64,000 bases of DNA from an uncultured Chloroflexia bacterium (GCA_963760315.1 CAVXCK010000007.1:268481-332480); one strand, 5' to 3'; numbered from the stretch's first letter, positions 18,395 through 30,382 are shown. The notes: generated by a model not told the origin, from the letters alone. Numbers and translations: made by a program.

Positions 18395-20881
18395 ATGCAG
18401 TTTGGTTACTTCGACGACACACGCCGTGAATACGTGATAACGCAGCCGGATACACCTTTGCCCTGGATCAATTACCTGGGTTGTGAGGAATACTTCGGTG
18501 TCATTTCCAACACGGCTGGCGGATATTCGTTTTATAAAGATGCACGCCTTCGCAGGTTAATCCGTTATCGCTACAACAACGCCTCCCTGGATTCCAGCGG
18601 ACGTTGCATTTACCTGCGGGATGACGATTCGCTGGATCACTTATCCTGGTCGCCGTCATGGCAACCAATGCGCCATCCTCTCGACGAGTACGAGTGCCGA
18701 CACGGGTTGGGATACACAATCATCCGCTCAAAACTTGCCGGGATTGAATCTCAGACCCGTTTCTTCATCCCCCTTGGCGAAAACCTGGAAATCTGGGAAA
18801 TGACTTTGACGAACCAGCGTGAAGAACCTGCAAACCTGTCGGTTTTCTCGGCTGTAGAATTCTGCTTGTGGGATGCCCAGGACGATGCCACCAATTTCCA
18901 AAGGAATTATTCCATCGGCGAAGTCGAGGTCGTTGACAATGTAATTTACCATAAGAGCGAATATCGCGAACGCCGGAATCATTTCGCCTACTTTACCTGT
19001 TCTGAGCAGCTGGCTGGGTTTGACACGCAGCGCGAAGCCTTCCTGGGACCTTACCAGGGCTGGGATTCACCCCGGGCGGTCGAAAAAGGCAAAATGTCCA
19101 ACTCACACGCTCTTGGTTGGCAGCCGATCGGTGCCCAGCATGTCAAGGTCCAGTTGAAGGCGGGGGAACAAAAGAAGATCATCTTTCTTCTTGGCTACCA
19201 CGAGAACCCACAGGCTGATAAATTTGAGCCCCCGGATTCGCAAACGATTAACAAGCACACCGTGAAACCAGTCATTATCCGTTATTTGAAAACTGACGAA
19301 GTGGAAGAGACATTCCAGGCATTGCGAATATACTGGAATGGGCTGTTGGATAAACTACAGGTGAGCACACCGGATGACCACACGAACCGCATGGTGAATA
19401 TCTGGAATGCCTACCAGGTGATGGTGACGTTTAATTTCTCACGTTCGGCCTCGTATTTCGAATCGGGAATCGGGCGCGGCATGGGCTTCCGTGATTCCAA
19501 TCAGGATCTGCTCGGTTTTATGCACCTGATTCCCGAGCGGGCGCGCACCCGTATTATAGAGTTGGCCAGCACACAACTACCTAGCGGTGGAGCTTATCAC
19601 CAGTACCAACCACTGACCCGTCGTGGTAATAATGATATCGGCAGCGGTTTCAACGACGATCCCCTTTGGCTGATCTTATCTGTGACCGCATACATCAAAG
19701 AGACGGGTGACTGGGGCATTCTCGATGTGCTCGTTCCCTATGACAATCAGGTTGGTACGGAGGAACCCCTTTCCGAACACTTGTGGCGTTCTATCCAATA
19801 CACTCTGGAACGCATAGGTCCGCATGGTCTGCCGTTAATCGGGCGTGCCGATTGGAACGACTGTCTAAATCTTAACTGTTTCTCTGATCAACCCGGCCAG
19901 TCTTTTCAAACGACAACGAATAAAGATGGCAAAGTGGCCGAAAGTGTCTTTATCGCCGGTTTGTTCGTGCTGGCTGCGCGGGAGATGATGGAATTGGGAA
20001 GGAAGTTGGAATTGGAAAAGAGAAAGGGAAAGGCTGCCAAGGATCTCTCCCGGTTCCCATTCCCCATTCTGCTTCAAAAGATAACAGAAATGGAAAAAGC
20101 CATCTGGACCTCAGGTTGGGATGGTGGTTGGTTCCGGCGCGCCTATGATGATTTTGGTAAACCGGTTGGTTCTAAAGAGTGCGAGGAAGGACAAATTTTC
20201 ATCGAACCGCAGGGAATATGTGTTATGGCCGGCTTGGGCGTGGATGATGGCCGTGCGGCTCAGGCTCTTGACTCGGTGTCGGAACGCCTCGCAACTCTGC
20301 ATGGTATTGTTCTGCTTCAACCTGCTTACACGCGTTATTACCTCCACCTGGGTGAGATTTCCTCCTATCCACCTGGATACAAGGAAAATGCGAGTGTTTT
20401 CTGCCACACGAACCCGTGGATTATGATTGCCGAGGCGAAAATCGGACACGGTGATCGTGCCCACGATTACTACTTGCGTATTAACCCCTCGGCGCGCGAA
20501 AATTTGAGTGAGTTGCATCGCTGCGAGCCATATGTTTACGCCCAGATGATTGCCGGGAAGGATGCTCCAACGCATGGCGAAGCCAAAAACTCCTGGCTGA
20601 CTGGCACGGCGGCCTGGAACTACATCGCCATCACGCAGTGGATATTGGGCATCCGGCCTACATACGACGGGTTGGAAATTCAACCAGTTGTGCCATCCAG
20701 CTGGAAGGGTTTTGAGGTGATGCGACAGTTCCGCGGTGTTCGCTATATGATCCGCGCTGAGCGCCGCGGAGCCGGGAATGCCGTACAATTGGAGGTAGAT
20801 GGAAAATCTGTTGAGGGTACAGTCATACCCATCCCACCTGTCGGAATCAAGGAAATTCGAGTTCTTGCAAGGATTGGTTGA
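18395..20881 (+). CDS. GH94 disaccharide phosphorylase (cellobiose/laminaribiose phosphorylase family)
   Basis: Intact 828-aa ORF. N-terminus MQFGYFDDTRREYVITQPDTPLPWINYLG and the central RADWNDCLN motif are typical of GH94. Confidence 0.9.
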   Translation: MQFGYFDDTRREYVITQPDTPLPWINYLGCEEYFGVISNTAGGYSFYKDARLRRLIRYRYNNASLDSSGRCIYLRDDDSLDHLSWSPSWQPMRHPLDEYECRHGLGYTIIRSKLAGIESQTRFFIPLGENLEIWEMTLTNQREEPANLSVFSAVEFCLWDAQDDATNFQRNYSIGEVEVVDNVIYHKSEYRERRNHFAYFTCSEQLAGFDTQREAFLGPYQGWDSPRAVEKGKMSNSHALGWQPIGAQHVKVQLKAGEQKKIIFLLGYHENPQADKFEPPDSQTINKHTVKPVIIRYLKTDEVEETFQALRIYWNGLLDKLQVSTPDDHTNRMVNIWNAYQVMVTFNFSRSASYFESGIGRGMGFRDSNQDLLGFMHLIPERARTRIIELASTQLPSGGAYHQYQPLTRRGNNDIGSGFNDDPLWLILSVTAYIKETGDWGILDVLVPYDNQVGTEEPLSEHLWRSIQYTLERIGPHGLPLIGRADWNDCLNLNCFSDQPGQSFQTTTNKDGKVAESVFIAGLFVLAAREMMELGRKLELEKRKGKAAKDLSRFPFPILLQKITEMEKAIWTSGWDGGWFRRAYDDFGKPVGSKECEEGQIFIEPQGICVMAGLGVDDGRAAQALDSVSERLATLHGIVLLQPAYTRYYLHLGEISSYPPGYKENASVFCHTNPWIMIAEAKIGHGDRAHDYYLRINPSARENLSELHRCEPYVYAQMIAGKDAPTHGEAKNSWLTGTAAWNYIAITQWILGIRPTYDGLEIQPVVPSSWKGFEVMRQFRGVRYMIRAERRGAGNAVQLEVDGKSVEGTVIPIPPVGIKEIRVLARIG

Positions 20882-23284
20882 TGCAATACGGATATTTTGA
20901 CGACAAAGCGAAAGAGTATGTCATCACCCGCCCGGATACACCCCAATCCTGGAGTAACTACTTGGGTTCGACCGAGTATGGTGCGATTATCACCAACAAT
21001 GCCGGTGGCTATGGATTTTACCAATCGGGAGCGCGCGGCCGTTTCTTACGTCTGCATTTCAATAATGTTCCGCTAGACCAACCGGGACGATATATCTATT
21101 TGCGCGACAATCAGAATAAAGACTATTGGTCAGCCTCCTGGCAGCCGGTCGGAAAACCGCTTGATCAGTACCAGTCCACTTGCAGGCACGGGACGGCATA
21201 TACTGTCATCGCATCGCGATATGCGGGGATTGCCACCGAGACTACCTACTTCATCCCCTTGGGGCAAACGTTTGAATACTGGAGGTTGAAAGTCACCAAC
21301 GAAAGCGACGTCCGCCGCGAACTCTCGTTGTTCTCATTTTGCGAGTTTACCAACCAGTGGGATACATTCCAAGACCAGGTCAATTTGCAGTATTCCCTCT
21401 TCATCATCCGCGGCGAACGGACCGCGGACAACTTACTACGCATTGCCATCCAGGATAACCTGACGCCCGAGAGCGGGAGTTTTTTTATCCATGACATTGC
21501 GCGTCACACTTGGATTGGTTTGGTTGGCGCTCCCTTAGAAAGCTTTGACACTAGCCGTGAGGCTTTTCTTGGTCCCTATCGTGGTTATCATTGTCCGTTG
21601 GCGGTGGAGAGGGGAAGTTGTAGCAATAGCAACGCCTACGGCGACAATGCCTGCGGAAGCCTTCAAACAAGTCTGACCCTTCAACCGGGCGAAAGTCGTG
21701 AAGTTCTGGTGCTGCTGGGCATTGGCGACGCCCTCACCACGGGGAAGAATATACTCTCCGAGTTCGGTTCTCTGGATCGTGCTGCAGTTGAATTGCAGAC
21801 ACTAAAGGATCACTGGCACAAAAAATTGGGAAGCCTGGTCGTAGAGACACCAGACGAGGAGTTTAATCATACGATCAATGTGTGGGGATTGTACAATTGC
21901 CTGGTGACCTTTGCTTGGTCACGCTCCGCCAGCTTGGTCTACAATGGTGAGCGCGATGGATTGGGGTTCCGCAACTCGGTGCAAGATATCCTGGGCGTGG
22001 TGGCGGCCATCCCGAACGAGGCCAGGCAGCGTCTCGAGTTGATGCTGACCGGACAGGCATCCAGTGGTGGGGCAATGCCCATTGTGCGCCCATTCGAACA
22101 CAAGCCGGGACACGAAAAAGCCCCGGCTCCGGAGGAATACCGCTCGGACGACTGCCTTTGGTTCTTTAACGCTGTCCCGGTTTACGTCAACGAGGCAGGC
22201 AACCTGGATTTCTACAATAAGATTTTACCCTACGCTGACGAAGGCGAAGCTACCGTGTTCGGTCATTTACGCCGTGCCCTGGAATTCAATCTGGAGCGCA
22301 CCGGTAAACATGGCCTGCCCTGTGGATTGCTGGCTGACTGGAATGATTGCTTAAAATTGGGCTACAATGGTGAGAGTCTATTCATCGCCTTCCAATTACG
22401 ACTAGGGTTGACTATCTATGGTGAGGTTGCCGGGCAGTTGAGGAAGCCTGAGGAAGTCGCTTGGGCACTCTACGAGCGGGGAAAACTGGACGCTAGTATT
22501 CAGGCCTGCGCCTGGGATGGTGATTGGTTTATCTGGGCTATCGGGGAGGATGGCACAGTTTATGGTACAAAGGAATTTGAAGAAGGCCAGGTCTACTTGA
22601 ACACCCAAGTCTGGTCGGTGATCAGCGGGGCAGCCACGCCCGTACAGGCCAAAGGTTGCATGCAAACTGTGAAGGACCGCTTGGCCACTCCATATGGGTT
22701 GATGCTTTCTTCGCCCCCTTTTGTTAAAACACCCATAGATGTCATGCGCGCCGTGGTTTTTAACCCCGGAATTAAAGAGAATGCTGGTATTTTTAATCAC
22801 ACTCAAGGGTGGGGCATTATGGCGGAATGTATGTTGGGCAATGGTGACCGGGCGTATGAATATTTCCATGCCGGCATGCCGGCTGCTTATAACACCCGTG
22901 CCGAAATCCGTCAGTGTGAGCCTTACGTCCAGGGTCAGACCACTTACTCAACTTATTCACCGCGCCCTGGCAATACCCGTACACTCCTGGCTGACTGGCG
23001 CGGCAGCCTGGTCATACTTTAGCGCAACGCAATATATTCTGGGGTTGAGACCGGAAATTGATGGTCTGCGGATTGATCCGTGCATCCCATCAACCTGGAG
23101 CGGCTTTTCAGCGGTACGCAGGTTCAGGTCACATACATACCGAATTGATGTCCATAATCCCGACCATGTTTGTCGCGGAGTTGTTCGCATAATAGTGAAC
23201 GGGCAGGAGATAACCGGCAACTTTATTCTACCCAACCTGGATGGAGCGGAACAACATGTAGAAGTTTGGCTTGGAGGAAAATGA
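20881..23284 (+). pseudogene. second GH94 phosphorylase paralogue, one frameshift near 22960-22980
   Basis: MQYGYFDDKAKEYVITRPDTPQSWSNYLG...LADWNDCLK. The C-terminal piece continues in ORF 22739..23284 (SWLTGAAAWSYFSATQYILG). The start overlaps the upstream stop (TGATG). Confidence 0.85.
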
Positions 23285-23699
23285 ACCCTTTGAATAAGAA
23301 AATGCTTGAGATTCATGAATACACCGGTGAAGGATTCCAACCATTGGTATATTTTGGGTCTTGGAGGGTGGCGGTTCTAAATTACATAGAGGAACTTCAT
23401 CCGGCAAAGATTGACACGCTGGAACGCCACCCGGAAACGGATGAGGTTTTTGTACTCACCCACGGCCAGGGAATCCTGTTTCTGGTGGATGGGGAATCGC
23501 AGGATGCGAATTTGTTCCACAGGTAATGGAAATGGGAAAAATCTATAACGTCAAGCCATCCACCTGGCACACGATTGTTGTGAGCCGGGACGCCTCGGTG
23601 TTGATCGTAGAGAACGGTGATACCGGCAGGGATAATTCGGAGTATGTTTCACTAAAACCGGAACACCGTCGATTGATTCTTCAATATTGCCCGGAGTGA
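23281..23699 (+). pseudogene. small cupin-like protein, split in two at 23524 (TAATG junction)
   Basis: An 82-aa piece (23281..23526) and a 57-aa piece (23526..23699) together give a cupin-sized protein (VFVLTHGQG...STWHTIVV). The start overlaps the GH94 stop (ATGA). This could instead be two genuine small ORFs. Confidence 0.4.
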
Positions 23700-23742
23700 A
23701 CAACCCGGAAATTGGGGAAATTAATATAGGTATAATGGACGC

Positions 23743-26089
23743 ATGTCGGATTTGCGAAAAGCTAGCCTCCACATTACCGGCATCGTGCAGGGAGTCGGAT
23801 TTCGGCCTCATATTTATGGCCTGGCAGTTCGTTTTGGGCTGGTAGGATGGGTGCGTAATACGTCCGCGGGGGTGGACATCGAAGTGGACGGAGATCAGGA
23901 ATTATTGGATGCGTTTGTCCTTGCTGTAAAGAAGGAACTCCCTCCACTGGCGCGCATTGACACCTTTGACTTGTCATTTGGTCCCCCGGGTTATTTTACG
24001 CGGTTTGAAATTATTCCTTCTGAAGTAGTGGAGGGCTCCTACCAGCCCATCTCCCCGGATGTGTGCGTCTGCGACGATTGCTTGCACGAACTCTTTGACC
24101 CGGCCGATCGTCGCTACCGTTACCCATTTATCAACTGCACCAACTGCGGGCCCCGCTTTACGATAATCACCGACATCCCTTACGACCGCCCCAACACCAC
24201 CATGGCGTCGTTTGCGATGTGCCCGGACTGCACCGCCGAATACCAGAATCCACTCGACCGGCGGTTTCATGCCCAGCCGGTAGCATGCCCTGTTTGCGGG
24301 CCTATGGTCTGGCTGGAATGGGCAAAGGATACTGGACGACAAACAGTCAGTGGGGATAAAGCAATACGAACCGCTCAAACGATGATTGCAGAAGGCAAAA
24401 TACTGGCTGTCAAAGGCCTGGGTGGATTCCACCTCGCCTGCGACGCGACAACGCGGAAGCCGTGGCTGAACTACGCTTCCGCAAGTTGCGCGTAGACAAG
24501 CCCTTCGCCCTGATGATGCCGGATATTGCTGCTGTTGAAAAACAATGTCATGTCAGTCATGCCGAGCGCGAATTGCTCGGAATCGCGCCAGCGACCAATC
24601 GTCTTGCTCCGCCGACGACTAGAGTTCAAATATTGCTGCCGAAGTAGCGCCAAAGCAGGATTCGCTAGGCGTTATGCTCCCTTATACGCCTCTACACTAT
24701 CTTTTGATAAAACCTGATGGCCACTCAGCAACAACTCTGGTCATGACCAGTGGCAACCTGGCTGAGGAGCCGATTGCCTTCCGAAATGATGAGGTACGAG
24801 ATCGCCTCTCTGCTTTGGCGGATGCCTTCCTGATGCACAACCGTGAAATTCGCACCAGGCTGCGACGATTCGGTGGTAAGGATATTAAATGATCAGGAAA
24901 ACGAATCGCCTGATAATTTAATCCCTGATCACCCGCTCTCACCTTACTTCCTCAGGCGTTCACGCGGTTATGCCCCCAACTCACTGCAACTACCATTTGA
25001 AACCCCATCCATCCTGGCAACCGGTCCGGAACTTAAAAACACATTTTGTCTCACCCGCGATCGCTACGCCTTCCTCAGCCAGCATATCGGCGACATGCAG
25101 AACTACGAGACCCTGCGTTCTTTCGAAGATGGCATCACCCTTTTCGAGCGAATATTCCATTTCCGGCCCGAAGCCATCGCTTACGACCTGCACCCGAATT
25201 ATCTGTCGACCCGCTACGCGCTGGAACGGGCCGAACGTGAGGATCTCCCGCTGATTGGTGTTCAGCACCACCACGCCCATATCGCGGCTTGCATGGCCGA
25301 TAACGGACTGGATGGCACGCGTCCGGTCATAGGCGTGGCATTCGACGGAACTGGTTATGGTGATGATGGTGCCATCTGGGGAGGAGAATTCCTGGTGGCT
25401 GATTACACCGGATACAAGCGAAAATTCCACCTGGCCTATTTCCCGCTTCCCGGCGGTGATGCTGCGATTAAACGACCGGCGCGTACGGCACTGGCATTGC
25501 TCTGGTCGTTGGGGTTGGAGTGGGATGAAGAACTCGCTCCCACGCAGGGATCTTTGCTTTGAAGATCAGTTGGCGTTGCGTGTCCAGTTGGAGCGGGACC
25601 TGAATACTCCTCAGACTTCCAGCCTGGGACGTCTTTTCGACGCGGCCGCAGCCCTGGCGGGAGTGCGGCAAGAAGTCAATTACGAGGCGCAGGCAGCGAT
25701 CGAATTCGAAGTCGGCCTTGGACAGAACCGAATCAGGTGCATATCAATTCGAAGTCCAGAACGGGACAATAAATGCCCGACCGGTCATCGAAGCAATGTT
25801 GGTCGATATTCGCAACGGAGCTTCCATCCCGGTCCTGTCGGCGCGTTTCCATAATGGTGTGACGGATATGGTTCGAAAAGCCTGCGGGCTGATCATGCAG
25901 GATACCGGCCTGAAGGAAATTACGCTAAGTGGGGGCGTCTGGCAGAATATGGTTCTGCTGGAACGAACAGTTCGAGGGCTGCGTGCGGATGGATTCGAAG
26001 TGTATATTCATCACCAAATCCCGGCGAATGATGGAGGTCTCTCGTTGGGACAGGCTCTGGTGGGAGCTGCCAGAATAATAAAGGGCTAA
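23743..26089 (+). pseudogene. hypF: [NiFe]-hydrogenase maturation carbamoyltransferase HypF, at least 6 frame changes
   Basis: Acylphosphatase domain (ITGIVQGVGFRP), two CxxC zinc-finger pairs, a YrdC-like part (KGLGGFHLACDA) and a Kae1-like C-terminus. Pieces are 23743.., 24462.., 24526.., 24674.., 24843.., 25357.. and 25718..26089. Confidence 0.85.
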
Positions 26090-26164
26090 AGAACGGTTAA
26101 ATTTATCCCTATGGGCGTATAATAAAGTTTCAATGGTGGTAAACAAGGAACTCCTAAGGAACTA

Positions 26165-27111
26165 ATGAGCAAAATACTTTTGGTGGAAGACGATAAGCTG
26201 TTACTCGAGGTTATGCAAAATATCCTTGAGGCCGAGGGATTTGAAATTCATCCGGCGTGCAATGGAAAGCAGGCGCTTGATTCTTTTGTAAGTGACAAGC
26301 CGGATCTTATCGTTTCTGACATTATGATGCCCGAGATGGATGGGTATGAGCTTTTGGAGTTGATCCGTGTCATGCCCGATGGCGTGACGGTCCCGTTTTT
26401 ATTCCTGAGTGCCCGAACTGAACGCGCAGATGTCAGTCGGGCGCGTTCGTTGGGGGTGGATGATTACCTTTATAAACCGTTCGATGCGCAAGAGCTCATT
26501 AATGCTGTCCGTTCCCGCCTTTTTCGGAGGCGGATGGTCGAAATGTTTGATACCCGTACAGCTCACCTGCAGACGGTGACCATGCTGGCAAATGTCATCG
26601 AAGCCCGGGACCCCTATACTGCCGGTCACCTTGAACGCGTTCGCCGCCTGGCACTCAAGCTGGCCTTTGCGCTTGGTTGGACGAATGAGGAAGTTGTAAT
26701 TCTGGAATTTGGAGCGATTTTGCATGATATTGGCAAAATCATTGTACCAAGCAAGATATTGAAAAAATCCGGACCACTCGACGAAGCAGAATGGAAGTTG
26801 ATCCGCCAGCACCCTGAAGTGGGGGCAAAGATGCTGGAAGGTGTGGATCATTTGAAACCAGCCAGCTCTTACGTTCTCTATCACCACGAATGGTGGAATG
26901 GCAGTGGTTACCCGAAGGGATTGAGCGGGGATAAGATTCCGCGAGAAGGACGTTTGTTGGCAATCGTAGACGCCTTCGATGCCATGACGACAACCGTCCT
27001 TATCATAACAGTGTGATGGCCAACGATGCGATCGAAGAATTGAAGCAGAACAAGGGTATCTATTTCGACCCGGATATGGTGGATGTTTTCATTCAATCTT
27101 ATAAAAAGTAA
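26165..27111 (+). pseudogene. response regulator with HD-GYP (c-di-GMP phosphodiesterase) output domain, one frameshift near 26990
   Basis: REC domain (LLVEDD...DLIVSDIMMPEMDG), then HD (ILHDIGK) and HHEWWNGSGYP. The shifted frame restores DAMTTDRPYH...YKK, with stop at 27109..27111. Confidence 0.85.
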
Positions 27112-27182
27112 AGTCCGCTCGAGTTAGTTGAGGGACATCGGGCGGTATTAGGGTGCTTAAGTTGGGTGGATAATAGCTGGGG

Positions 27183-27635
27183 TTAGCGCGCTTCCCGATC
27201 CATTTCACGTTCGGCATCTCGTCTGGCGATGGCTTCGCGTTTATCGTGTAATTTCTTGCCCTTGGCGATGGCGATTTCCAGCTTGGCTCGGCCATCTTTA
27301 AGATAGACGCGTATCGGTACGATTGTCACGCCCTTCTGGCGGACAGCATCCCACATTTCGCGTATCTCTTTCTTATGGAGTAGCAGGCGGCGGGCTCTTT
27401 TTGGGTCATGATTGAAGCGGTTGGCCTGTTCATAGGGGGCTATGTGCGCTTCCATAAGAAAGGCGCCGCGTATATCGTCCACGCGGACATAGGCTTCTGC
27501 CAGGCTGATCTGACCGGCGCGAATGGATTTGATTTCGCTGCCCTTCAGTGCCAATCCAGCCTCGAATCGCTCAAAGAGGAAATATTCAAAACCGGCTTTG
27601 CGGTTGGTGGCAACGGATTTAACATGTTCAGGCAT
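27183..27635 (-). CDS. smpB: SsrA-binding protein SmpB
   Basis: Intact 150-aa ORF with the canonical SmpB pattern (ATNRKA.FEY......EAGL.L.G.E.KS.R, LLLHK.EI). Confidence 0.95.
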   Translation of the reverse strand: MPEHVKSVATNRKAGFEYFLFERFEAGLALKGSEIKSIRAGQISLAEAYVRVDDIRGAFLMEAHIAPYEQANRFNHDPKRARRLLLHKKEIREMWDAVRQKGVTIVPIRVYLKDGRAKLEIAIAKGKKLHDKREAIARRDAEREMDREAR

Positions 27636-27839
27636 ATTAGGCCAATTCGTTTACCATTCTTGCCAAAGTCCATGAAATTTCAGTATCGAAGGACTCGAAA
27701 ATAACGGTATTTTCCTGTTCCAGTCTACATTCCTGAACTTACCCTGCGAAGAAGGAAATAAAAAAACAATGATTTGCGTTCCATAATTTAAGAAGTACTC
27801 TTTAGGATTGTAACATGGTAATTACTGGAGCAGAACTGT

Positions 27840-29125
27840 CTAGCCCCATTTCAGAATGGCAACTCCAGCCAGCAGGCGCATAACGCCAAAGACGAGTAGG
27901 GATACACCTATCCCGATGTACCCAGCCAGGAAGGGCCCTGCCATAGAGCCTAAGAGCACAGCAGCATTCAGAATGATGTTGTACCAGGCCAGATGTGACG
28001 GGCGGTCGTCTTCCGGGATTTGTTCCAAAAGATAGTTGGCATAGGCTCCAGCGACCAGTGCCCAGGCAAACCCACCGGCGATTGAGAGCAGATAATAGTG
28101 CAAAGCGTTATGTGAAAGCGCCATGGCAATCGGATAGATACTCATCCCGATCACTCCCCATCCGGTCAGTTTGTGATGACCTGCTTTGTGTTCCAGGCGA
28201 CTGAGTTGTGTTGAACCGAGCAGGACGGATAGATAAAAGAGCGCCGTGCCGAGTCCGATATTGGCATCTGTCAGATGCAGTTCGTTGACGGTATAGAGTG
28301 CAAAAAGCGGTGAGGCGAGGTATTGGGCCAGGTGGAAACCCAGAAGGACAAGCAGGATTTTCCGGAACGGTGTGCGCCAGATATCAAGACGAAGGGTGGT
28401 GCGCCAGTCGGGGCGGCGATTCTTTTCATCCAAATCCTGTACTGATTTCTCAGGTCCGGGGTTGTATTAGCAAATGGCTCTCTGTGTGGTCTGACGAAGA
28501 ACAAGTGGACGGTGCTCATCGCTGCGCTCAGAAATCCAATGCCAAAGATGACTTGGTATCCAAGCGGAAAGCGCAAATGGTCAAGGATGAACCCAGTTCC
28601 AAGTGATGCAATTATAAAAGTAAGCGACTGCACTATATTCCGGATACCCACCACGGAGGCGCGCCATTCGGCTGGGACGGCTGCCGCGAACAGGGCATTG
28701 AAGCCGACACTTAAACCGCACATCGGGATGCCCATTGCCAGCGTGATTATGACAAGTGCCCAGATTTGACCCTGATTCCCAAATAACCAGGGCAAAGGAA
28801 TCCATAGAAAATACCCAAGGCGGGAAAGCACAGCCGCCCAGAAGACCGCCTTGCCCACTGGCCGCTTTTGCAGCCATTTCCCGGCCGGTATGGATAGAAA
28901 CAGACTGACCACGGCAGGCATCGCCCCGAGAAGGCCAAGTTGGAAACCGCTCGCTCCCAGGCGGGCAGCATATATATTCAGGAAATTGATTGCGCTGCCG
29001 CTCAAAATACCAAACCAAGCGATGTCAAAATACAGGTGGATGAAATTCCGCCGATATTCCTGAGGAATGGCCGGTTTATCGAAGAATTCACGGATGGAAA
29101 GCACGGGGTTGATTATAATCAACAC
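27840..29125 (-). pseudogene. MFS transporter, one frameshift near 28430; start uncertain (GTG at 29125 or 29104)
   Basis: Two hydrophobic multi-TM pieces (28271..29203 and 27840..28433) on the same strand. The annotated upstream ATG would overlap the divergent aminotransferase start. Confidence 0.65.
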
Positions 29126-29138
29126 TATTGAATAATAT

Positions 29139-30320
29139 ATGGAGAAATTGATGTTTGGGCTTCGCCGCCACTTTCTTCTCGACCCTTCAGTCACCTTCCT
29201 CAATCATGGATCATTTGGCGCTACGCCGCGTCCGGTCTTCCGCGCTTATCAGCGCTGGCAGCGTGAACTGGAACGCCAGCCGGTCGAATTTCTGGGACGC
29301 CGGTTTACAGACTTGATGACGGCTGCGCGCCGTTCTCTTGCGGACTACCTTGGGACGGATGCTGAGAATCTGGTCTACACCACCAATGTGACCGAGTCCC
29401 TTAACATTGTTGCTCATTCTCTAAACCTTGGGCCGGGTGATGAAGTCCTGGGCACAGACCACGAGTATGGTGCCCTTGACCGGACGTGGAGATTTTTGGC
29501 AAAAGAACGAGGTTATGCGTATATCAATCAGCCGATCCCGGTTCCGCTGACCACTCCGCAGGCTTTTATCACAGCCTTGTGGAAAGGGGTCACGCCCCGC
29601 ACGCGCATCATTTTTCTCAGTCATATTACCAGCCCGACTGCACTTATCTTTCCAGTGGAGCAAGTGGTCCGGCAGGCACGCCAGGCTGGGATATTGACTG
29701 TCGTGGACGGGGCGCACGCTCCCGGTCAGATCCTGTTGCAGCTGGACGACCTCGGCGCGGATTTCTATGGCGGCAATCTGCACAAGTGGCTGTGTGCTCC
29801 CAAGGGAGCAGGGTTCCTGTACGCTAGGCCGGAAGTCCAGCATTTACTCAAACCGCTGGTGGTCTCGTGGGGCTATGAGGCCGAAAACCCAGGTCCATCG
29901 GTGTTTATTGACCTTCACGAATGGAAGGGCACGCGCGACATTGCCGCTTATCTTTCTGTTCCTGCGGCGATCGAATTTCAACGGGAACATGATTGGGTGA
30001 CAATTCGCCGCCTTTGTCACGATCTGGTGCGTGAGGCTGAAGAGAAGATTTGTGCGCTGACGGGACTGACCCCGCTCAATCCACCCATTTCTGAATTTGG
30101 AAACGGGGGATTGCAAATGGCCGCCGTACCTTTGCCTGGCTTCACTGACCTGCCTGCTCTGAAAACGCGTCTCTATGACGAATACCGTATCGAGGTTCCG
30201 CTTATTCTGTGGAATGGATGCAAGTTCATCCGCGTGAGCGTGCAGGGCTACAACACGCCGCGGGACGTGGATAAGTTGGTTGATGTGTTGGGAGAAAATT
30301 CTATCTTAATTCGTCACTAA
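29139..30320 (+). CDS. class V aminotransferase (isopenicillin-N-epimerase / cysteine-desulfurase-like)
   Basis: Intact 393-aa ORF with LNHGSFGATP at the N-terminus and a PLP lysine context GNLHKWL. Confidence 0.75.
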   Translation: MEKLMFGLRRHFLLDPSVTFLNHGSFGATPRPVFRAYQRWQRELERQPVEFLGRRFTDLMTAARRSLADYLGTDAENLVYTTNVTESLNIVAHSLNLGPGDEVLGTDHEYGALDRTWRFLAKERGYAYINQPIPVPLTTPQAFITALWKGVTPRTRIIFLSHITSPTALIFPVEQVVRQARQAGILTVVDGAHAPGQILLQLDDLGADFYGGNLHKWLCAPKGAGFLYARPEVQHLLKPLVVSWGYEAENPGPSVFIDLHEWKGTRDIAAYLSVPAAIEFQREHDWVTIRRLCHDLVREAEEKICALTGLTPLNPPISEFGNGGLQMAAVPLPGFTDLPALKTRLYDEYRIEVPLILWNGCKFIRVSVQGYNTPRDVDKLVDVLGENSILIRH

Positions 30321-30382
30321 ATATATCTAACCCGATGTATTTTTTCCAATTATGCGACTGAGGCCGTTAGACCGTCCTTCTT

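Noticed and set aside
23524-23528. The TAATG junction in the cupin gene as programmed recoding.
   Set aside because: There is no slippery heptamer or downstream structure. A simple indel or two genuinely separate small ORFs are more likely.
27636-27839. A tmRNA (ssrA) or other structured RNA next to smpB.
   Set aside because: This is an AT-rich 200-nt gap with no tRNA-like acceptor/T-arm or tag-reading-frame features that I can identify.
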